Part shown: positions 43,311 to 51,887 of the stretch, piece after piece
Position numbering within the stretch: position 1 is the stretch's first letter
How the letters are laid out: each line of letters starts with the position of its first letter
Origin: a virus
Taxonomy: Duplodnaviria; Caudoviricetes
DNA: 55,180 nucleotides
Strand: one strand, 5' to 3'
Virus record (IMG/VR): IMGVR_UViG_3300036845_000183
Coordinates: 1 to 55,180 of that record
Made by a program: the position numbers and the translations under genes
The notes under the pieces: generated by a model
The model's database searches: none
What the model was told of the DNA's origin: nothing
What the model saw: the letters and a program-made list of their open reading frames with translations, nothing else

Positions 43311-43994
43311 GTGACCACAGCCGCTCAACTGATCGCGAACGCACTGCATCTTTTTGGGATCACAGACCAAACGGAGCAGCCGACCGCGACCGACATCGCA
43401 AACAACGTCATCGTGCTGAATGATCTGTTGCGCAGCGAAATGGCTGACGGTGCGGTGCAGTTCATGATGAAGCGTGTCACGGTGCAACTGCCGATCGGCA
43501 CGACGGGGCAGATTTACTCGTTTTCGATCGGGACCGCGAACACCGGGTACTTGGTTCAAGCCGACGCGGTCGCGGTCAAGTCGATCTGGATGAACGACAT
43601 CAACAACACCGTCAATCGCGAGACGCGCATGGCGCCGATCGCGGACGTGGTGCGGACAACCCAAGTCGGCATCATCACGAAATGGCACCAGGAACGTCAG
43701 GTTGATGGCTCGATACTGATTACGGCTTGGCAGCCGCCGCGCGCCGCAGCCCCGGCGCTCATTGAGTACGGAGGGCGGCTGCCGCCGATCACTGCGGCGG
43801 CCGGCACTGACATCATTGCGCTGCCGCCGGAGGGTATTCACGATGCTACGCTGTTGCTCGGGTTGACCGTCTATAGCAGTTACGGACGCCAGTTCGCGCC
43901 CACTGACCCGCTCCTGATGCGCGCACAGCGCGTTGACGACCGCTGGCGCTCGTGGGCGCGCGGTCAAATGTGGCTTCGGTTCGTACGGGCATGA
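43311..43994 (+). CDS. Head-to-tail adaptor (P22 gp4-like)
   Basis: TAAQLIANAL...G......PT.......LNDLL; position before gp10-like gene. Confidence 0.7.
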   Translation: MTTAAQLIANALHLFGITDQTEQPTATDIANNVIVLNDLLRSEMADGAVQFMMKRVTVQLPIGTTGQIYSFSIGTANTGYLVQADAVAVKSIWMNDINNTVNRETRMAPIADVVRTTQVGIITKWHQERQVDGSILITAWQPPRAAAPALIEYGGRLPPITAAAGTDIIALPPEGIHDATLLLGLTVYSSYGRQFAPTDPLLMRAQRVDDRWRSWARGQMWLRFVRA

Positions 43995-44158
43995 CAGCGG
44001 ATCGCGTCTACTACGACCGTATTGCGAAAGCTGAGCAGGCAATCATAGACGCCGGCTACATGCGCGACAGCCAGCGTCACCAGTGGGTGAACTGGAAAGG
44101 GCAGACGACCAAAGTCATGCGTGAGGAACCCGGAAAATTTTACGTGGAATGGCCGTAG
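43991..44158 (+). CDS. Small hypothetical protein
   Basis: ATGA overlap. Confidence 0.5.
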   Translation: MTADRVYYDRIAKAEQAIIDAGYMRDSQRHQWVNWKGQTTKVMREEPGKFYVEWP

Positions 44159-44170
44159 TGGTGCGACAAA

Positions 44171-45643
44171 ATGCCGCCGCTTAATATTTTAGGCTCCTTT
44201 GCGGACCCGCTCAATCTCGACCAGGGCGCCGGGAAGCTCGTCAACGTACGCGTGGTGCCGCGCGCTGCGGAGGAAGGCAAGCCGTCGTCGGTGCGCTTCA
44301 TCGGTGCGCCTGGTCTGGATGCAGTCTGCCGGCCGACGTCCGCGGCGTGTCTCGTGCTTTGCCATGCACAGGATACGGTGTGGAGTGGCCACGCGGATGG
44401 CTCAATCTTCCGCGGCGTCGAAACAGCATCGCCCGTGTTCGTCGGCACTGTGGCCGTAAACCCTCTTGCACCAATCATCCGATTCGCTGAAGAACGCACC
44501 GCGCTTTGCATTGCATCCAACGCAAATGTGCTTGGCGGCGGCCGTGCGGGCACCAGCTACACCGCGTCACTTGCCGGCGGCCTGACTAATTCCGGTTTTG
44601 ATTCCTCCATAAACTTCGACCCGACTGCTACCGTCGTGCTCGATAACTTTGCTGTGTGGTCTGGCGCATCTAATTTCTACGCAAATCAAAGCGACCGGAT
44701 GTACAGCTCGGTTGCGTTACAGCCGGCAAACGTGTTGCCGAACAGCTTCGCAACAAAAGAAGCGCGTTCTGATCGCGTCGTTGACCTGGCAATATCGGGC
44801 CGCATCCTGTGGCCGCTCGGTTCGCGGTCGCTGGAGCAATGGTACGATCCCGGCGGTGCCACGGATTTTGCTTTCGTCGCCTACCCCAATTCACTGCTTT
44901 CCGTAGGTCTGGCCGCGCGGCTGACGCTGGCCGTATTACGCGACCGAATCGTGTTCGTGGGTACGGATCGCCGCGTGTGGCTTTGCGAGGGTCAATCCGG
45001 GCAAGCGGTATCGCCAGCATGGGTCGATCTGCTTTTGCAGCAACTCACGCTGGCCCAGTTAGGGCAGCTTACCGGGTACGCCTACGGCCAAGGTGGTAGC
45101 GATTTCTACGTGCTCACGCTGCCTAACCAGTGGTCCCTGGAGCTGGCGGCCTCCGGCGTGTGGTCCTATCGGCAGTCGCCAGGGCGGCTTGACCACGCCG
45201 GGCGTTGCGCTACGGAGCATGACGGCGGCGTGACCTACATCGGGCTCGACAGCGGCCAGGTATGCACACTCGACATTGACAGCGCCGCGGAGCCGGCCGG
45301 CACGCTGGCCAGAACCATGATTACGCCATGGGTCGGCGGCAGCGCGGGGAACCTGCTTTCGTCGGGCACCAGCGGACAGGAAACGCGCCAGACCTTCAAC
45401 ACGATCGACATTACGTCGTCCATGGGGCCGTCAGCCGGTACGTTTCAGCTCGATTGGAGCGAAGACCGCGCCGTGACATGGCGCGGTGTCCGGCAGATCA
45501 CACTGCCGCAACCGGGTACGCAGCGCGCCATCGCCCGCGATCTCGGAACTGGCCGGCGCCGGCAGTTTCGTTTGCAGTACAGCGGCACGCAAGCGCCATT
45601 TACGATCGATGAATGGTTTGCGGGAGTTACGCCGGGCACATGA
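44171..45643 (+). CDS. Tail hub / packaged-DNA stabilisation protein (P22 gp10-like)
   Basis: 490 aa beta-rich; FAT.E..SD, G..S.E.W, G..FYVLT, L.WS.D...TW, LG.GR.R.F. Confidence 0.85.
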   Translation: MPPLNILGSFADPLNLDQGAGKLVNVRVVPRAAEEGKPSSVRFIGAPGLDAVCRPTSAACLVLCHAQDTVWSGHADGSIFRGVETASPVFVGTVAVNPLAPIIRFAEERTALCIASNANVLGGGRAGTSYTASLAGGLTNSGFDSSINFDPTATVVLDNFAVWSGASNFYANQSDRMYSSVALQPANVLPNSFATKEARSDRVVDLAISGRILWPLGSRSLEQWYDPGGATDFAFVAYPNSLLSVGLAARLTLAVLRDRIVFVGTDRRVWLCEGQSGQAVSPAWVDLLLQQLTLAQLGQLTGYAYGQGGSDFYVLTLPNQWSLELAASGVWSYRQSPGRLDHAGRCATEHDGGVTYIGLDSGQVCTLDIDSAAEPAGTLARTMITPWVGGSAGNLLSSGTSGQETRQTFNTIDITSSMGPSAGTFQLDWSEDRAVTWRGVRQITLPQPGTQRAIARDLGTGRRRQFRLQYSGTQAPFTIDEWFAGVTPGT

Positions 45644-46134
45644 CACAGAAGATCCCGCCGCCGCCGAATCTGGCCAAAGAAAATCCGCAGCTTAACCGTT
45701 GGCTACTGGAAGTGACGTCCATCCTCAATTCGCAGGGCGCCGTCACTCAAAGTTCGGTCGCCGGCTTGAACGATATCGTAGTGCAAGTTGGCAGCAACAC
45801 GGTCGACATCACGGCGTTGAGCGCCCAAGTTACGACGAACACCGCCAACATCGCCACGAATACCGCCAACATCGCCACGAATACCGCCAACATCGCCACG
45901 AACACCGCCAACATCGCCACGAACACCGCCAACATCGCCACGAACACCGCCAACATCGCCACGAACACCGCCAACATCGCCACGCTGACGGCGCGCAACC
46001 AAGTGTTCAGCGGCGCAGGCGCTCCGGCTGCTGGCCTTGGCGTCAACGGCGACTGGTACGGCAACACAACGGGCGGTGCAGGCGCCAGGATCTACATCAA
46101 GATCGCGGGGACGTGGACGGCGTTTGCGTTCTGA
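45640..46134 (+). CDS. Tail needle (gp26-like trimeric coiled coil) with C-terminal knob
   Basis: Heptads TNTANIA x7; GVNGDWY...IYIK.AGTW; follows gp10-like gene. Confidence 0.75.
   Translation: MTQKIPPPPNLAKENPQLNRWLLEVTSILNSQGAVTQSSVAGLNDIVVQVGSNTVDITALSAQVTTNTANIATNTANIATNTANIATNTANIATNTANIATNTANIATNTANIATLTARNQVFSGAGAPAAGLGVNGDWYGNTTGGAGARIYIKIAGTWTAFAF
45835..45981 (+). repeat. 21-bp tandem repeat x7 (ACGAAYACCGCCAACATCGCC)
   Basis: Direct reading; only C/T variation at one wobble position. Confidence 0.95.
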
Positions 46135-46513
46135 GCGACCATGCAGCGTTCACGGTTCCTTGAAACTCCTCCAGCGTACGAGCGATAAAATAGGTACCGC
46201 CTGCGTCTTCCCATTGACGCCGGAACTTGATTTGATCAGCGTCTTGTTCGCCTTCATCGTCCTTCAGCTCGATAGCCACCCGGTAACCCGGAACAAACAG
46301 AAGCCAATCGGCGACGCCTTTCCGAACGCCCATTCGCTTGAAAAACATGTGCGTGCCAAAGCTACCTTTGCGCTCGTTCGCCACGTGAAAAATGAGCAGT
46401 CGATCCCAAAGCCCGGACTTGTCGAGCCACTGTTTACAGTGCATCTGCAGGCAAGTTTCATCGTTCGTGACGGTCTTAGCGGGCTTTTTTCGTAAGGACG
46501 CCGAGTTTTTCAA
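46097..46513 (-). CDS. VRR-NUC domain nuclease
   Basis: FHVANE...MGV..GVAD...IELK...G.Q...Q; GGAGG SD before TTG. Confidence 0.85.
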   Translation of the reverse strand: MKNSASLRKKPAKTVTNDETCLQMHCKQWLDKSGLWDRLLIFHVANERKGSFGTHMFFKRMGVRKGVADWLLFVPGYRVAIELKDDEGEQDADQIKFRRQWEDAGGTYFIARTLEEFQGTVNAAWSLRTQTPSTSPRS

Positions 46514-46676
46514 GCTGTTCCTCCAAGGGTGGTAACCACGCCTCCAGGGCTGCCTGGACGGCCTCTGAGCGACTGTTGGCGCCGACGTCAATGTTGCGCA
46601 CTACGAAGTCTATGCGAGCCACCAGGGAGGCCGGCACACGTGCGGAAATCATGATCGTTTTGCGTTCGGATGCCAT
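46476..46676 (-). CDS. Ribbon-helix-helix (CopG-like) regulator
   Basis: MISARVP..L..RID......SRSEAV..AL..WL. Confidence 0.8.
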   Translation of the reverse strand: MASERKTIMISARVPASLVARIDFVVRNIDVGANSRSEAVQAALEAWLPPLEEQLEKLGVLTKKAR

Positions 46677-46725
46677 CAGTGCTAGTCTGTACTCCGAAAA
46701 TGTATGACATTGCAAGGGGCTCGGC

Positions 46726-47490
46726 ATGGCCGGTTTTGGCGAGGGTTTGGGGCAGATCATCGGGGCGCAGGAGGCCTCGGGCGACCTGAACGCCGGCTTG
46801 ATGAACGTCAACGGCACGTCGCGCACTGGCTTGGCAGGCATCAGCGATACAGCGAACGCGGGCGTCGCGAACATCAACGCTACGGCGGGTACCTTCGGGC
46901 CACAAGTGCAGCCGTACAATCAGTTTGGCCAGTCGTTCCTGGCGCCGACGACCGCCGCGGCGCAGGGTGTGCAGAACACCGCCAACGCGGGGGTGACTTC
47001 GTACGACGATTTCATGAAGAACTACCAGACGTCGCCGGCTGAGAAGTACCTGACCCAGCAAGCCGACGCGACGCAGAACAGCAGCGCGGCAGCGCACGGC
47101 GGCTTGCTTTCCGGTGCCAACGAGCGGGCGCTGAGCGGCATCAATGAAGGCATCGCCAGTCAGTACAGCAATCAGGCTTACCAAAATTATCTCCAAGGCA
47201 ACCAGCAGCATTTCGGCCAGCTCGAAACCGCCTTCGGCAACATGCTCGGTTCGATCGGCGTTGGCACCACGGCTACCGGACAGCAAGCCGGCGTCACCAC
47301 GGCGCAGATGGGTAACCAAGCTGGCATAACCGCCAGCCAACTAAGCCAGCAAGGCAACATCGACGTCGGCCAGATGAACAATCAATCATCGATCGCCCAG
47401 GCTCAGGCGAAGAACGATCAGAGCAAGGGTTCCGGCCTGGGATCGATGTTTTCCGGCATGAGTTCGATATTGCCAGCGTTCGCGTTTTGA
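46726..47490 (+). CDS. DNA-transfer/ejection protein (P22 gp7-like)
   Basis: Gln/Gly/Ala-rich; PY.Q.G, SP...Y...Q......SAAA.GGLLSGA...AL. Confidence 0.8.
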   Translation: MAGFGEGLGQIIGAQEASGDLNAGLMNVNGTSRTGLAGISDTANAGVANINATAGTFGPQVQPYNQFGQSFLAPTTAAAQGVQNTANAGVTSYDDFMKNYQTSPAEKYLTQQADATQNSSAAAHGGLLSGANERALSGINEGIASQYSNQAYQNYLQGNQQHFGQLETAFGNMLGSIGVGTTATGQQAGVTTAQMGNQAGITASQLSQQGNIDVGQMNNQSSIAQAQAKNDQSKGSGLGSMFSGMSSILPAFAF

Positions 47491-47634
47491 TCGTAAATAA
47501 ATTCCACAGTTTCTCGTCTCAAGAAACCGCTATTGTAAGCAGATATCTCGGTATCCGACACTGTGAGGCAGCGCCACCATGGAATGTTTGGGGCGCAGCC
47601 GGTCGCGTAAGTCACCCGGCATTTGAACACTACG

Positions 47635-48138
47635 TCACCTCGTTATCGAGTACGAAAAAACGTCCTGCGGTTCGTGGCTCAGGTTCGGGAACACTTCGAA
47701 CCGTCGCAGCCGGCCCTCACGTTCTGCACCCATGCGTGACAGTACCCTTTGTACGGGCAAATTGTCAACATGGCAGTACGCCCAAACACGCCAAATGTTC
47801 GGGTGCGTGAAGATCCACGTCACGAACGGAACCGACAGTTCCCGGCCGGCGCCGCGGGCTTTCTGGGTGCGGTTGAATGCGATTGTCAGCGCGACTTGAT
47901 GGCCTTGGGCTTCCATGCCGACGATGCCTAGGAACTTCGCATCGTCCAGCACGGCCAGCCATCGCGTCGGCGACGTAGCGTAGCGCTCGATCAACGCCGA
48001 CGCCTCCGCAACGCCCCGGAGCTGCCGCAAGCCCATGTAGCGCACCGTCTGCGCATCGCCGAACAGCGCGAGCAGCTCCGGGGCGTCCCATAGATTGACG
48101 TCCCGGAGGGTAAAACGGCCAAGGGTGGCGGATGTCAC
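47635..48138 (-). CDS. GNAT N-acetyltransferase (RimJ/RimL-like)
   Basis: RGAG, RVWAYC.VDN...QRVL..MG...EG.LRR. Confidence 0.85.
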   Translation of the reverse strand: MTSATLGRFTLRDVNLWDAPELLALFGDAQTVRYMGLRQLRGVAEASALIERYATSPTRWLAVLDDAKFLGIVGMEAQGHQVALTIAFNRTQKARGAGRELSVPFVTWIFTHPNIWRVWAYCHVDNLPVQRVLSRMGAEREGRLRRFEVFPNLSHEPQDVFSYSITR

Positions 48139-48314
48139 TCAGCACGCTCGCGGTTGAGGAAGGGCTTGCGCAGCGTCGGCGCCTTCACGGGCCTGCGGGT
48201 ATTGAATGCTACGAACGGGTTGGCGAGGGCCGTGACGGGCTTCAGCACTGAGATCGGCATTTTGTCGGTAACGAAGCGGTAATCGTTGGCGGGAAGTTCG
48301 GTCTTGTGGGTCAT
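48135..48314 (-). CDS. Small early protein (MTHKTELP...)
   Basis: Follows leader copy 6. Confidence 0.65.
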   Translation of the reverse strand: MTHKTELPANDYRFVTDKMPISVLKPVTALANPFVAFNTRRPVKAPTLRKPFLNRERAE

Positions 48315-48316
48315 GT

Positions 48317-48375
48317 TGCTCTCCAGCGGTTGTCGATGTACGTACATAGCACGTTTCGCCCCACAGCCCAATCAC
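48317..48375 (-). promoter_or_regulatory. Early promoter plus leader (copy 6)
   Basis: Exact 17-mer at 48317-48333; ATGTACGTACAT palindrome at 48336-48347. Confidence 0.8.
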
Positions 48376-48382
48376 ATTTTCG

Positions 48383-48880
48383 TTACTCCCACGGCATCCG
48401 TTCTGGTGCGGCCTCTAGAGGCGGCATGTCTTCCGGGCGCAATTGGAACACGAGCAAACCCGCCTTTGTCTGTCCGACGTAGCGAAAACCAGCTAAAACC
48501 CATGTGCGGCCCCATGTCGGACAACTTCGAATGGTCGTCGGCTGTACTTTTGTGTGATCGATGAACGTCACCATGCCTAACGTGGGTGGCTCGCCATATA
48601 CGGCACGCGTGGCCGCTACGGCTTGACGTATTAGATCGGACGCAGCCCCAGCACCTTCGGAACGGAACGCGGAACACACCCATGCGCCAGCCCACGCATG
48701 CTTAACGTACTCCGCAAATGGCCACGAAGTCACCCAAAAAGCACGTTGGCAGTCGGATAGCAGAACCACACAACGACCCGGCGGTACGAATTGCGGGCTG
48801 CCGACCTTCTGTCGGTTGTAGTGTCGGTCTGCCAGTGGCAACGCCATGGGGTCCGCACGGTGGCTCCTACGCCATTTCAT
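48383..48880 (-). CDS. Conserved phage protein, possibly Mom/GNAT-like
   Basis: ADRHY.RQ..G..QF.PPG; CS.FR.EG; MVTF.D..K; AGF..VG.TK; ends PERMPWE. Confidence 0.6.
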   Translation of the reverse strand: MKWRRSHRADPMALPLADRHYNRQKVGSPQFVPPGRCVVLLSDCQRAFWVTSWPFAEYVKHAWAGAWVCSAFRSEGAGAASDLIRQAVAATRAVYGEPPTLGMVTFIDHTKVQPTTIRSCPTWGRTWVLAGFRYVGQTKAGLLVFQLRPEDMPPLEAAPERMPWE

Positions 48881-50790
48881 TTGGACATTCTTTGCGCCGT
48901 GTAGCCCTCGCAATCCAGCGGCAACCCGGCCGTCCAGTGCCGCGGCCGGCGCATGATCGCGCGCATTTGCTCCGACCGCTCTTTCGCTACGGCTGCCGGC
49001 GCCAGGGCCAAAATCGAGTCGTACACGTCCAAGATCAACACGACGTCCGGCAGCTCGCGTTCAATGTCGGCTTCGGCGGCGGTAACCAAGTCCCTGGTAC
49101 AGCTCTGGCAAAAAATTTCCAAAAGCGAGCCGCCGAACGCCTTTTGACGAAGCATCGCGCCAAACTTCCCGCGAAAGAAGCACGCTTCGCCTTCGTGCGT
49201 AATGTGCGCCGAGTAATGCGGCACTGCGCGGCCCGAGGGTAGCAGCATCCACACGGTTCCGTGCTGATCTTTCTGAAACGCAGTTTTGCCGGCGGGGAAG
49301 ACGCGGCCTGGTTGCTCATAGATCGCAAACCTGAATGCGTCGGAAAGTTCGTACCATGCTTTCCGCAGGAGCGGATTCGCTTCGCGATACCCGTCGATAT
49401 CCGATCGGGCTTCGTTTTCGGTCATGTTCCGGCCCGCGCGGCGCTGGTGCGCCATGTACGTCTTCCAACCGAGTTGATAGTTGCCCCCCAGCGTGACTGA
49501 TTTGAAATTCTGGCGTTCGATCGGATGGGTTTTCTTAGTCGCGGTTGCTGGCAACTTCAAAATCGTTCTGGCGTTATGCATGTACAGATCGCCATCCGGC
49601 TGTGCCAGAATGCTCAAACGCTCAGTGTCGCCGGCTTGCCACAGGGCTATGAAAAGCTCCGCACTTTTCAGATCGTTGTCGCAAATCATCCAGCCTGGAG
49701 GTGCGACGATGCAGCCACGAAGCGCGTCAGTCAACGCAACGTTGCCGTACTTGAAACCCATCTTCAAACCGGCAATGACTTGTTCGGTATCGTACTTGCC
49801 AGAGGGCCGCGCGATGTTGAACATATTGGCGCCTTCGGAGGTGCCCCGACCCGATCGGGCACCGAAGTACCGCGTAGCGTCTTTGTAGAAGCCGCCGACG
49901 TGTCTATCGAGTAGTGCTTGTGCTTTGAGCGGTGCCGAACCGCCCTCTGCTTGAAGCAGTTCCAGCACGATACGAACTTCGGGCGGCATGTCTTCATCGG
50001 CGAGTGATTCGGCAATGATATGCTTTTGCGTGCTTTCCAATCGGTAGCCGCGGCTTTGGCACCACTCAGCGATGCGCTGACGCTGCGACAGTTTCGTCAC
50101 GGCGTTCTGCGTCAACTCCATTAGCTTGACGGTGCTCTCCTGTTCAATGTCCTGACGGCGTAGCGCGATCGCGGTTGCCAACTCGATATCGATCGGGAGC
50201 CCGATTTCATTCTTACGCCACGTTCGCTCAAAGATCAGGCGTTCGTCGGCCGATAGCGGCGGCAAGCGCGCGTCAAGTTCGACCAGACAGCGGACATCTT
50301 GAACGTTGTATTTGAGCAGCCCTTCGAACAGGTGAATGCGCTCGTCAAAGGTGCCGTCACGTTGCGGCCTGCATGTCGCCATGACGAGCGCACGGCCCGC
50401 AGGATCTTTGCCTTTGAGCCCAAGCACCGTGCAAACTTCATCCAGTCCGCCAGGCAGTGCGAGCGCTTGGGCGCGGCCCATTGTGCAGTCGATTTTTGAA
50501 AGTGGGATGTCGAGAAATGGATTTTGCCGTTTGATGACATTGACGTCAAAATTGGCATGGTGTGCGACGAAGCGCCGGCACGCGCGGATGTCGTCATAGA
50601 AAGCCGATATGGGGTGCGACCCGAGCTGCGGGTGTACGGTGCATGAAGTTTTGAGTTGATTTCGGAACTGCCAAACCGCGGTCGTGATCTGGGTCGAAGG
50701 GTCGGCTGCGTACCGACGCGCGCCGGCCTTTTTCAGGTCTACTCTCGATCTTGTCTCAACGTCGGCTAGCAGACTATCGGGGCATATCAT
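48877..50790 (-). CDS. polA: Family A DNA polymerase with 3'-5' exonuclease domain
   Basis: D.ETRS, AHHANFD, YNVQDV; motif A DLKSAE, motif B RQ..K...LG..Y, motif C VYDS. Confidence 0.92.
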   Translation of the reverse strand: MICPDSLLADVETRSRVDLKKAGARRYAADPSTQITTAVWQFRNQLKTSCTVHPQLGSHPISAFYDDIRACRRFVAHHANFDVNVIKRQNPFLDIPLSKIDCTMGRAQALALPGGLDEVCTVLGLKGKDPAGRALVMATCRPQRDGTFDERIHLFEGLLKYNVQDVRCLVELDARLPPLSADERLIFERTWRKNEIGLPIDIELATAIALRRQDIEQESTVKLMELTQNAVTKLSQRQRIAEWCQSRGYRLESTQKHIIAESLADEDMPPEVRIVLELLQAEGGSAPLKAQALLDRHVGGFYKDATRYFGARSGRGTSEGANMFNIARPSGKYDTEQVIAGLKMGFKYGNVALTDALRGCIVAPPGWMICDNDLKSAELFIALWQAGDTERLSILAQPDGDLYMHNARTILKLPATATKKTHPIERQNFKSVTLGGNYQLGWKTYMAHQRRAGRNMTENEARSDIDGYREANPLLRKAWYELSDAFRFAIYEQPGRVFPAGKTAFQKDQHGTVWMLLPSGRAVPHYSAHITHEGEACFFRGKFGAMLRQKAFGGSLLEIFCQSCTRDLVTAAEADIERELPDVVLILDVYDSILALAPAAVAKERSEQMRAIMRRPRHWTAGLPLDCEGYTAQRMSK

Positions 50791-51560
50791 TCAAAGCACC
50801 CACACGGTTTTTCATCGTGCGGATCATCGGCAGGAGCTGTTTTCGTGTGTAGAAAATTCTCCCACGAAAATGTGCGTCCCAAGCCTTTTACTTTTTTGGC
50901 CCCCACCAAGCCACGCCGTTCAATTTCTAAAGCGCGCTGCATCAGATCCGGGTACTCGGAAGCTAAGTCCAAAATTTCAGCTTTCCGCATGTGCGGGCAG
51001 AAGAAACACGAAGACTTACCCGGCAGCGGCAGCCGGTGCTTTAGTATCTCCACTTCGCATTCCGGGCGCCCCCACTCCCATTCGATAAGTGGGTACCGCA
51101 TCCTATATTTGCCGTCCACTACGCCAAAACGTGCACGTTGCGGCTCTCCAAAGTCGTAGCCGATTAACTTAGTTACCAACTCTCCGCGGCCCCAAACTTC
51201 GCGTAACACGGGATTATTATTGCACCACTTATTTTGCGGTTCTATCTTAAATTTCTGACTGCATGTTTTCCAACCATACGCAACTGATGGTAGCGTCCCC
51301 AACCGTAAACAATCGTCTTCTAAAGACTTCCATTGTTTATCACGTCTGGAACGATGCAGGATTGTGATCGCCGGGTAGCCTCGCCGTACTAAGTACTCGG
51401 AAAATAAGTGAAGATTCTTGTATGTTTTCGGTTTCTCTCCTCCGGTATCCGCAAAAAGGATAGCATAGGGTGCTGGCTCGTTTCGATCGAGCATGCCGAG
51501 ATACATAGCTTCGGAGTTTGTACCTCCACCGAAAGAACCTACTACAACATCTTGAGTCAT
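50787..51560 (-). CDS. PAPS-reductase-like (PP-loop) protein
   Basis: SFGGGTNS, FADTG.E, CS..FKI.P, YPL, KSSC.FCP, terminal CGC. Confidence 0.8.
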   Translation of the reverse strand: MTQDVVVGSFGGGTNSEAMYLGMLDRNEPAPYAILFADTGGEKPKTYKNLHLFSEYLVRRGYPAITILHRSRRDKQWKSLEDDCLRLGTLPSVAYGWKTCSQKFKIEPQNKWCNNNPVLREVWGRGELVTKLIGYDFGEPQRARFGVVDGKYRMRYPLIEWEWGRPECEVEILKHRLPLPGKSSCFFCPHMRKAEILDLASEYPDLMQRALEIERRGLVGAKKVKGLGRTFSWENFLHTKTAPADDPHDEKPCGCFE

Positions 51561-51638
51561 CAGTACGTCAACCCCCGTCTTGTGCGTTCCCACCATATGA
51601 AGCGATGCCAACCCCACCAGTAGGGGTTGGCAAAACTG

Positions 51639-51878
51639 TCACGAACGATCAGTGCTTTGGACAGCATGCTTTTCTTTCGCGGCAGCCAGCACGCGCGCCG
51701 TTACTGTCCAGTCTGCCCCGATCGCGTGGTGCCTCGCATCCCAGTACGTCGCATCATAGTAGTAAGTGATCGGCGCTTTGCCGCCCAGCTTGCGTTCTCT
51801 GATACGTTGTGGAATGCCCTTGTCGTCGAAGTGGACAGCGAACTTGCGACCATCCACTTCGACCCAGACCTTCTTCAT
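51639..51878 (-). CDS. Hypothetical protein
   Basis: ORF track. Confidence 0.6.
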   Translation of the reverse strand: MKKVWVEVDGRKFAVHFDDKGIPQRIRERKLGGKAPITYYYDATYWDARHHAIGADWTVTARVLAAAKEKHAVQSTDRS

Positions 51879-51887
51879 TTCCAACCC

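Noticed and set aside
45835-45981. CRISPR array
   Set aside because: Repeats are contiguous with no spacers and encode a coiled-coil heptad.
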